NCBI RefSeq assembly: GCF_964204645.1
Contig: NC_134028.1
Location: 9,548,001 to 9,612,000 of the forward strand
Source: Tubulanus polymorphus
Lineage: Eukaryota > Animalia > Nemertea
Reading direction: 5' to 3'
DNA: 64,000 bases
The notes beneath the pieces were generated by a model. That model was given only the letters and a program-made list of their open reading frames with translations. It searched no databases and had not been told where the DNA came from. Positions 39,620 to 50,079 of the stretch are shown piece after piece. Numbering within the stretch: position 1 is the first letter of the stretch; each line of letters begins with the position of its first letter. Both the position numbers and the translations under genes were made by a program.

Positions 39620-40365
39620 TTTAAACTGGAAGTCGTTTTTGCGATAGGTGAAGTAAGCCAAAATCCTCTCAAATTAGGATTACCAGGTTCATTCGAAAAT
39701 CGAAATTACAGAACTTTTAAGGTATATCTGACGGTGTTGAAGTTGATTAACACAATGCCGACTCTCTTTAGGGCTTTTCGAAACTGGAGCTGTGCATACG
39801 TATTTATTGTTTTAATTTTCGGATTAATTCTTGACTTGGGATCGATGTTTCAAAGCGGCTTGAAATGTTTGGATTTTTTAGAAAATAATTTCTGAAAATA
39901 ATGAACTTCAAACTTCAGTACCCTGGATTTTTATGCGCGCGGCAAAAACTGACCACCGATTTTTATATCGCTCTCATGTCGCATTGTTGCAAATTTGAAA
40001 AATGATCTTTGCATAAATAAAAACTAGAGATTCACACGGTTTAAATGTTGCTAAAACTGTCAAAATCCATCCAAGGACAGATGAGATATGATAAAACACG
40101 CATCACAAATAGTTTCTAAAAAGGAGAAAATAATGACCCAACAATACAGGACAAAAGTACCCTAACAAAATGGCGGCTAGCATTTGTAAAATGGTTTTAT
40201 TAACTCGACGAAAAGATAAACCATTATCTATATAATATTATCTATATTATCTATTTTCCTTAAACACGAAGTCGTTATTGAGATTGATACGCCAAAATCC
40301 GGTCAAATAAGGATTACAAGGTTCATTCGAAACATTGGAATTACAGAACTTTAAGGTATATCTGA
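39620..40365. repeat. ~110-bp imperfect direct repeat (39620-39731 and 40258-40365)
   Basis: gccaaaatcc..tcaaat(t/a)aggattac..ggttcattcgaaa...aattacagaacttt(t)aaggtatatctga occurs twice. Confidence 0.75.
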
Positions 40366-40804
40366 TATTGGATTAATTGCATATGTACTGCAATGCGTAC
40401 TAATTGGCTTAGTTGTCTAGTTGTAAAATACATTAACTAATCCATCAGACGTGTTTCATACAGTTGAGCTGCGTCTCAGTTGGCTCAGCAGACTTTTAAT
40501 TAGCCTCTCCGCGACGAGTTGCTAATCGTTGTTTCTATCCTCTGAAATCGCTACAACGTTAATTGTCAATTTTGTAAAACGGTGTCGGAATATGACACGA
40601 CGTGCATGTAGATTATGCAAACAGAACTTTAATTAATTCTAACCTCTTGTGGAAAACTTTAATATGCACCTCCGCTATAATTACCCCTCTCGCCGGACCG
40701 ATGAATCACGCATGAATACAAAGATGAAGCCTATATTATTAGCCGCGACCACACGGAGACGATTTGGCCCGGATCAGGCCCGAGTCATATTATTGGCCCG
40801 TACC

Positions 40805-41195
40805 TCAGATTCAGATTCAGATCTAATTCATTGCACCAGAAATTATACAATTTTTGCGAGCACAGGATACAAAAAAATAAATACTTTACAGTTATACAAA
40901 TACAGTTACTCCAAACTCCAGTTACACTTACAATATACAGTACCGGTAACAGCTTTTTCTTCTATAAAGTTCGTACATATCATTATACACGCAATTAAGA
41001 CGTGTGTGCACAGCGATGGCTAGATGAGGCTATGTACCTTTTTTATAAATACTGCACGCTTCCTATTGGGTCTTGTGATGTAAAAAGATTCATAATTTTC
41101 TTAAGTGAGTGCGCTCACACGCAAACCACTCACTCGATACTAAATAATGCTCAAACAATGCGAAGTGAGTCATTTCTGGAACCATTTGCAATTCA
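40805..41195 (-). mobile_element. Short LINE 3' fragment with (CTGAAT)n tail, inside a GGCCCG-rich inverted-repeat element (~40750-41340)
   Basis: The tail tcagattcagattcagat adjoins a hairpin similar to the LINE A and C 3' ends. The flanks ggatcaggcccgag / ctcgggcctgatcc are inverted. Confidence 0.5.
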
Positions 41196-42919
41196 AACGC
41201 AATCATTTGTCCCGTGTTAAATTTGGCTCGGGCCTGATCCGACCTTTTTGGTCGGGCCAAATTTTGCAATTCAAGCACGCACAATGATTTGACCCGTGCT
41301 AAAATTTGGCTCGTGTGTGAAAAGTTGTCCCGGCTCGATCAGACACTGACATGACTGGATAACCAAAATTATGATAACATAACCTGCTGCAAGAGGATAA
41401 GTAGAATCCAACATCATCTGACTTCATTTTGTACTTTGGCAGGAAAAAAACATGGGATTGAAATACCATGAATCTCATAGAATCCACACAGGCGATCTAA
41501 TCGATTAGTTGCTGTTACGATGGCTGTCAAGTTTTTTTTTATGAAAACGCGTGATAAACTTTTGACAAAGTGATAACATCTTTCGCAAGTTATAGACACC
41601 AATTACTTAATGCAAGTGGATGCATGGGACGAGAATGACGAAAAGTAAATATGTCTATGCCATTCACGGAACTGTAATAATTATCTCGCTTATACATATT
41701 TCGTACATACGGGAAAGGGATGATATCGCAAAATCATTGGACTCGAGCCCACTTGAGTTGACGTCAAAGAACATGAATCAATCTCATAGCGGTTTTAGAC
41801 CGGTTCCGTGGCGCACTGCACGCCATTCAAACTTTCATCATGCATTCTACCCTATTTATTTTATCAGTTTTAGAAATGAATAGATACGCGATTTCAATGC
41901 GAACAGTGAACATCGACTGTTGGTGATAGGTTATTCAATCAAAAGCATACGTAGTCAACCTACGATATACCACCCACATCTGTGCGGAACGATTTTTTGC
42001 GGTATTGAGAGTATGGCGGTACATCGGGGATGTTTTACTATGTATTTGTATATAATAATAGAGATGTACATTGCGAAAATCTGGCGGTAGGCGGGGGTGG
42101 TGTATATGGGAGGGCGGTATATCGGGGTTCACTGAAATATGAAATTCAAGGTTCCCTGTCTACTACTCCACATGTTGTCGTGACCGCTCAATGCTTGTGT
42201 TGTTCTGTGCATCTGGACGTGCTACTTCAGGATTCTGAAATTAGCATTGGCCTAAAGCATTGGCCTAATAGCATTGGCCTAAATATAATGTATCCTTATC
42301 GGATCTAGGAAAAAACGGAAGGCCGAGGTGCAGAAAGGAACAAAGTATTTTCATCGTCTACTGTTAAGGTCCGACCATCGGTGTTAGATATTTTTGAGGA
42401 AATACATCTGAAAATATGCAATTTTCGAAATGACGGGTGTGAAATTTGCAGGTTTATTTTACATCCATATCTTGGCGAAGTGGGCAGCCTCAAAGGCAAG
42501 GCAGGGTTCCGGACCCCCGAGACCACCCCTGCTATCCCGTTTATACTAGAATTCTTGATTTTGGTCTTTCGAAAATAAAATTCTCCTCTTGGAACTGACG
42601 AATTAGATTACCAATCCCTCCACATCCGTGGTACAAAAACCACAAATGTTCTTCCAGTCTGTATCGATCTTGCTCCTTAGGAATCTAATTACTATCTAAC
42701 GTTGCTTCGTGTTCTATTGAATTACTGAGTTAAGACAAGACTCATCATTTTTACTATTAACCTCCCCACACTTACAACTGATTTGTTTCTCATTTTTTAC
42801 TTGGCGTTCTCATATCGACTTACCCAGTAGTTTTCTCCCCGCAGTTTAGCCCAGACCCCAAAGCAATAAATCGACTTACTTAATGCGGTTGAACATGTAC
42901 GGATCCATTGCAAACAGGC

Positions 42920-43101
42920 TTAACAAATAAAAACTCACAGTAGATATGTAGATACTTTATTTTCTAACAATTTCGGGGTTACTTCTAAACCCCATCATCA
43001 GAGAATGATAATTTGGTTTCAATTTCTCTGATGATAGGGTTTAGAAGTAACCCCGAAACTAACTTTTTTCTACATATCCAATGTGGATTCTTATTTGTTA
43101 A
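42920..43101. mobile_element. Inverted pair of Penelope-like pseudo-LTR fragments, each with a hammerhead core
   Basis: tttcggggttacttctaaaccccatcatcagagaa (42971-43005) mirrors ttctctgatgatagggtttagaagtaaccccgaaa (43024-43058). The flanks are also inverted. Confidence 0.7.
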
Positions 43102-43689
43102 CTCTACACTGAGGTTAATATCAGTTCACTTTAGTCATCGCAAACAGGGTTTTCTGTCAGTTCGGTAGATTCAGCTATAATTGTTATCCTCGTGATACTT
43201 ATCTTTTTTGTGATGCATCTAATATCAAGTACGACAACATTATAATTATGTTGTGCGTTCTTTTGCATGAAATAAATTAACTTGAACTTGAACTTGAACG
43301 ACTACTAGCGTGTTTCAAAGACTTTGCTAGAAACTATCAAAATATAGACATTCATCCTTGGATGTAGATTTTCTGTATGATTTGTCCTTTTAGTTTTAAT
43401 TCGCAAAAATTGGTATAAATACCGATCCAAACACCTCCATGAGTACCGAGTACTGAACTTTGATAATCAAACATGTCCTGCCAATTAGACTACACTAATT
43501 CTTACGAGACACAATGCTAGATGCTGAAACATATTACAATCTGTCTTGAATTTCTGATACGAAATACACTACTATCGTGTTAAAATGCCAATGTATTGTT
43601 CTTGTCGCTCTCATCGTTGTATTGAATATTTCAATGCATACCGGAAGGCTGCCTATATACATATTTTGTAATCACAGTCAAAAGCAAAG

Positions 43690-44220
43690 TTATAAATCAT
43701 TACGCTTTCTATGATTGTGGTGATTTGCAAGGTCATTCACTTGTGCCTATTTTGTTCACGGGGTTATATTGAATGGTGAAACTAGTATTTCCATTTATAT
43801 TGGGATCTATGCATATTGTGTTCGTAATGAAATCGATTGAAAAGTTATAGGTAATGTCGCTATCTAGGATTGTAGTGATTTATTGGGTCTTTAGCTTCGA
43901 CATAATGTTCACCAGGGGGCATTGAATGACGTCATAATGCTGTATTTCCATTTGTATTGGGATCTATGCATATTTGCATATTACCTTCAATTGCCTAGTT
44001 GAAGTTATGGCATTGATTGTTGCGAGTGTCATGGTCATTTGTATCTGTACATTTTCACGAGGGGGCGATGCTCAAAATCGTCAGATTGTCGGGCATTTCT
44101 GACCATTTTCCCAAGGGTATGGTTTGCCTTAAATTTTTCCTCATTTAGGACCCCTTCATATCCTATGTGAAGACTTCAGTTATGCAAAAAACTCGTTATC
44201 GTTGCTTTGCAGCTACAATA
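43690..44220 (+). mobile_element. 3' part of a HINE-like element with ~157-bp internal tandem repeats
   Basis: gtatttccattt.tattgggatctatgcatatt occurs at 43785 and 43942. The end aaaactcgttatcgttgctttgcagc (44188-44213) matches 21181-21207. Confidence 0.6.
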
Positions 44221-47200
44221 TACTTCATTGTCTCTGAAATGGAAGTTGCCTTGACTATTTCAGGTCGAGTATTTCTAAATTGAGCTGAACCGAAAAAGCA
44301 ATTACATTAGACCATATCAGCGAGACCAAGAGAAAACTGGTCTCACATTGCTGATGATATTATAATGAATATTTTTTTTTTCAAATGCATCAACTCTTAT
44401 TCTAGACATAAACGTGGTGACTGCTTGGGATAATGCGCGATCGGTTGCAAGTGCTTGCAAATGCATGTGTACTTAAGCCAGACGCAGAACCCCTAAATGA
44501 TAATAGTAATAATTGTCGTTTATACTGCGCAAGTATCCTTTAACAGATCAAATGCTCTTTCAGAGAGTTCAATAGTATGCTGCATGGAACAAAATTGTTT
44601 TGAGATGGGTTGGAGGCCAAGTCGAAAGATAAGCATCGGCATATTTGTAACCCATTATTAACTCCAGTATTTTGTGTGTAGAGCAATATCAAGCATATAC
44701 CGAGACCGTGTGCAATAAATTGTAATTGACTCATTGAATTTCATTGTGCATTCAATTACAATTACCCGTATTAAAGCGCAAAGATAGGGACCGTTTAATA
44801 ACTACCCAATAGCCCTTCTAGGCCTCCACACTTGCTGGTTTGAAAACCATCGATCGATATGAAAGATTATCTGGCAGAATATGCAGTTTGAAGCGGGTAC
44901 GGTTTAGAATAACTGTATCTAGAGTCCTCCCCAGTGGAATTAATATTCAACCCAGCGTAAAGGCATGACGTTACATCTGATTTAGTTTTACAGATTAACT
45001 AGACGTTGAACGCCATCAATTTCCATCAAATTGACTTAAATTGGTTCTCTTACGACGAGTTATGATCTTAAGCGTCCTGCTACAAATTATTGCGAAAAAT
45101 TTAATTTTCGAGCCATCGAGATATTTGTTCTTGTCGCAAAATTAATGTGGGATCGACTGAAATCCGGATCCAGCAAAGTTGTATTATCGATTTAGCGCGT
45201 ATGTATCCGAATGAACGAGAATCTCGTCTGCGAATGGTTATTTATGAACAAAAACTGAATCCAAAATCGATATTTGATGCATACTCTTTAAAACGCAGAA
45301 GTAGATGTTAATCTTTTGAACGAATTGTTCTCTCTCGTACGCGGGCCACTCGCGTAGATGAGATGTTACATATTCCTGGAAGTCGAACGAGGCTATAATA
45401 TCAACTCACAGGTGATTGTAGCCATCGCCATGGTAACAGTGTGGTCAAATTGGATAAAGAAACTGCACCACGATAGAAGGCAAATAACAATGTAGGGAGC
45501 AAAAAGGGTGGCTTTAACCTTGGAGTAATCATTCGCTGAATGATTAGGCATACTACTAGAAATTATAATAGATTGTGAGTAAAATGCATCAGTGATAGTC
45601 ATTTCATAGGGGGTAAGCCCCTGAGGGAGGATGCGCCCTGTCGATTTTTGGATATGAAACCTCCAAGGTCATGGTTGTTCTGGCCTCGGGGTCTATAAAG
45701 CTTTTAATCGCATCGCCACGAATACATTGTTAGTACAACCATGATAGTCTATCTTTGGCTGCCCCAAGGAGAGGATGTTTGGGGTCAAAACTTCAAAAAG
45801 GTCAATGTTAAGATCTAAAATCGCCATAATGCGCTTCCCTCCCCAACCAAAATCGGTGACGTCGTCGGTGGGGGAAGCACCCACGATTCATATATTGAGC
45901 CGTCCCTTGTTTCCTCTTGTATCGATTACGTACCTCAATGGATTAATTCATTTACGGGAAAATGTGTACTTGTTATTTCTGGTTGTTTCTACAATTCGAA
46001 AAAAATGAATTCGCTGGTAATCAAGGCAATTCAAGGAAGAAACACAGAATAGGATAGGGCATAATGGATCCCCAGACGCAGTGTTGATGTTACTCAGCTA
46101 GCCGGTGGCAACATCTTGCTCTTCGGTGAGTGAAGTTCCGTTCTAAACAACTTGTGTCAATGGCCTCTGGGGTTACTCGGAAATGCCATTTGTGCCATCA
46201 AAATAACTTGCATTACCTTATCTAATTCACCAAAGTTTCGATACTGGCGATATATACAAGATGGAAGGAATGCAGGGAGTGTTTCAGATGACAGAAAAGC
46301 TCCTAGAAAGAAATGACGCTTTGATGAAGGGTTTTCGAGGGACACACTAAATAATCATAAAATCAAATCGATCAAATAAATAAGTCGTTCCATTTTTCGA
46401 GATAAAAATCCAACTGAGGTAAGTTGTGGAGCACTGCTAGATTCTTAAAACTTGTCAAACTCAGTAAAATTGTGTACGTTTCAATTATAGACGTATTAAC
46501 TATAGCTGGGCCAGTAGGGTGTAACATGAACGAAGAAATGTACAAGTACATAAGTTATAATAATGTCCAAAATGCCGGCATTTTATGATGAAGTAAACAC
46601 CTTATATCTATTTACACTGTATCATAAAACCTGGCAAAATAGCTGTTTACGAGGCGATTAATCGTGGCTTTATTGGGTTGTGGGTAAAATATGGACTCAA
46701 CAGTCATCAACGTGAAACTAATTGGCAGGTATCACTGCAAAAATGTGGTATGTTGAATGTTACACGCAGCTAGAAGAACAGTGACAAAAAGATGCATAAG
46801 CCATGATTTAAGAATTGATAAATACTTGTTCATATATCAAATGGAAATCTAAAAAAGTGTGTTGTAGATGGTATAAGTATAAGGGCCATGATTCTCATAC
46901 AATAAATGAAAAAATCGACGTACATTCTATCAGCAAGTTAGGATGCATCTATTTGTCCACAGCATGCACCGATTCTAGGTTGAGGAGAGCCTTGGAGTAA
47001 TCATTCTGACTGATTATTCCAAGTCTTAACCCATGCTATAATACCATATTCGCGGACATCCAATCATACATAATGAAAAGTATACTACGCCAGGGTCAAC
47101 GCAGGGTTGTATATTACCATGGAAACATAGCCTTCAATCCCGCATTTTTGTACAGCATGGGCCGTTATATTTCAGTGTGTTGAACAGGATAATCAAGGAA

Positions 47201-47740
47201 AATTAAATTTTGCCAAATAGAGAGATTCTACAAATTCCCCGGCTTGAATTGAAAAGGTACCCAGATATAACAGGAGGCTTGTCTATGTAATGTTGCTTTC
47301 ATAGGGTTAAAATACATCGCCATGGTTACCAGTGTTGGGGTGCGATTTAGGTTTCCACCTGATAATTGGTTGAGATTGTATTGCAAGTGGTTTTATGAAC
47401 GGAAAGCATAAAATACCCACGCTCCATGCATGATAAAATAGATAGAATCGTGGCGATTGATGCATGGCTGTAGCGTGGCACGATAAGTGCCAATGGGCGG
47501 AGTTGTGATGGCGGTAAAAACGGAAAGATATTCGGCCAATTCCTCGGATATATATGAAACTTGGAAACTAAGATACATGCCGCGCCGAGAAACTATAGCC
47601 TATAAGGGTATATCAAAATTGATCAAATATTGATCAAGAGAGTCGACCTATGTGTAATGAACTGTTATTTCTGTTCTCCGTAATTTTCAAATCCGATGAT
47701 TCCTCAAAACCCGATACGCAGGACACGGACAGTCTAACAA

Positions 47741-48082
47741 CATCTTCCCCCGGCAGGGATTCGAACCTGATGGCATCGAGATTGCCACGGCACGAAACCC
47801 TGCCATAATCGACCGCATCGTGTGCGCATATACATGCGCAGTTCAGATGATGTGATCTTTAGCCAATCAGAAATCCCGTTTTATTTTAGCCCGGGTTTTC
47901 CCATTTATAGTTCTTACTTGATTTGCCTCAACGATTATACAACGAGCAATCTGATTGGTGCCGCCAGTTTTCGTTCGGAAAGCTGCGCATGTACCTGCGC
48001 ACCCGGTCTACTGATGCAGGGGTTCGTGCCGTGGCTGAGTGTAGCGATGCCATCAGGTTCGAGTCCCTGCAGAGGGAGGATG
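47741..48082. mobile_element. MITE with ~105-bp imperfect TIRs and 9-bp TSD GTCTAACAA (Mutator-like); TIRs contain B-box motifs
   Basis: gtctaacaa lies at 47732-47740 and 48083-48091. CATCTTCCCCCGGCAGGGATTCGAACCTGATGGCATCG mirrors CGATGCCATCAGGTTCGAGTCCCTGCAGAGGGAGGATG. Confidence 0.88.
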
Positions 48083-48226
48083 GTCTAACAATGGCTTCAA
48101 TCGTCCTGTTAGAGCTACAGTAAGCTTATAGACTTCAAGGTCCAATGAGAACACGACAACTAATTATTGTTGTTAAAAGTTTCCAATAAACGATGATTTT
48201 AGGTCGAGATGATGCGCAATGTCCGT

Positions 48227-48364
48227 TAAGAAATCCCAAAATAATTTCAGCAAAAGACGGGACGCTCTCGAATAAATGAGCTTATATATATATATTTGGA
48301 GTAACCATTCAGCCATCATACACATATAATCCATCTATTGCTGAAATTATGTTGGAATTTCTTA
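48227..48364. repeat. Small inverted repeat/MITE remnant
   Basis: taagaaatcccaaaataatttcagcaaaagacgg mirrors ccatctattgctgaaattatgttggaatttctta. Confidence 0.55.
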
Positions 48365-48596
48365 CGAAATGATACTTAGTAGATACATACGATTGGATGC
48401 TCCATTTTGCATACTTTCTTCTGCAACCTGTAATCACCACGACTCGTGAATTCATTTTCAAAAATATCTAACGAAGGGATGAAATACATTCCAAAATCCA
48501 AAATATCAATGAACGGAGGTCATAAAATGAATTCAGGCTCCGTGCAGAGATGAAGAAGGATGGTAGCAACCACCCGAAATATTTCTAATTTCTTTA

Positions 48597-49215
48597 AGGC
48601 CAAAAGAAGATGCCTTGTTTCTCATGATTTTGAAATCCCGCCCGCATCGGAAAAATCATCGGCAAATTAGCGATAAAAATAAAGTCCGCCCTCCCAAATC
48701 ATAGCTCGAAAATAAATGTTTTCTTCTAAAAATTAAAATCAGCCGCATTAATATGATAAGCATATCGTCATCTTTTTATAATTTCATTTCTCTATGGACG
48801 TATCGAGAAAAGATGATCGTATAAATATCATCGGCACCACTGGTGACTCGAACCCATATCAACGGAGTCGGTTACCGTAGACCTATGTCAAATGCCAAGG
48901 TCGCTGTGGAACTACTTCCGGGTTTGATATTTCTGGCGTGATTCTCATTTCGAAGCGATTTCATTTATTTTTCGTGCAAATGTGGTGCCAAAAGTTAAAA
49001 AGAAACGACCTCCCGCATCTCAAGAGAATATGACAGACGGATATCGTTATTGTTATAAAAAAAATAAAAAGACACCTCCCGCATCTCCAAAAAAATTCAA
49101 ACAGTTCATTTTCTTTCTACTTTTTTTTCTAAAGTACATAAAAATAAAAACCGCCCGCCCTCGTCATGGTAAAAAAAGAAAAGTGTGATGAGAAACAAGA
49201 CATCTTTTTTGGCCT
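48597..49215. mobile_element. Non-autonomous DNA transposon with ~30-bp TIRs
   Basis: aggccaaaagaagatgccttgtttctcat mirrors atgagaaacaagacatcttttttggcct. Internal ccgcccgc/cctcccgcatc repeats are present. The TSD is imperfect. Confidence 0.65.
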
Positions 49216-49997
49216 TGAATAAACTTTTTAGATTCGTTCACACATTGAGGGAATTTTTACTCATCGAGTCTTGTCACGGATGTGATTCTGAACTGATTCA
49301 TCCGTGCAAGGCTTATATTTCCTTGAATGATAACTTTTGATATATCTGAAGGTTATTGCATTTGGTGCATGTACTTTTTGATAATGTTCAATTTTTCATA
49401 AACCATGAAGCAGTGAGTAGAGCGTGAAAGCGCTCAAACAGTGATTCGCCGTATGGTACGGCCTTGAGGACTATTTACACGAACAACAAGAGTAGCTACC
49501 TGCTTCAAATAATCGATTAAAAGTTATTTCTCAGTAACCGTACTAAACTAAAATCTAAATCAGTAGCATATATCTCCGCATATACCGCAAAACGTTGATA
49601 TTCGCGACGATGATAATTATATCCATATACGTACACACACGCGGACAGCACTCAAATAACTTCCATATCGGTAACAAACATCTTATTGTTTAAGTGTCCC
49701 CTGGGCAGTTAGTTAATCGATATTATTGCCTAATGTGTGTGGGATAGTTGTGTCAGTTTATGATACAGTGTGAACTATAGTGACGTGTTAGACACGCGAT
49801 TTATAGCCGCCATTAATTTCTCTGTAAGATTGTCGGTAGCTCTAGGTGTTATCTGTGATACGGTGGACCTAACCATGCGATAAATTAAACACACTATACT
49901 GCATTTTCTATCATTACCACTTGCCGGAATGCAATCGTCAAAATTTGATACATTTTATAAACGTTCTAGTTGCGAACTGTGGCAGCGAAAAATAATG

Positions 49998-50079
49998 TGG
50001 CAGCGGTGGGATTCGAACCCACGCCCATTGCTGGACCGGTGCCTTAAACCGGCGCCTTAGACCGCTCGGCCACGCTACC
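49998..50079 (-). tRNA. tRNA-Leu (anticodon AAG)
   Basis: GGTAGCGTGGCCGAGCGGTCTAAGGCGCCGGTTTAAGGCACCGGTCCAGCAATGGGCGTGGGTTCGAATCCCACCGCTGCCA is 82 nt, with A and B boxes, stem CCGGT/ACCGG around TT-AAG-GC, a long variable arm and a downstream TTTTT terminator. Confidence 0.96.

Noticed and set aside
48010-48075. tRNA gene or SINE on +
   Set aside because: It has no cloverleaf or anticodon arm, the A-B spacing is too short, and it is one arm of a TSD-flanked inverted-repeat element.
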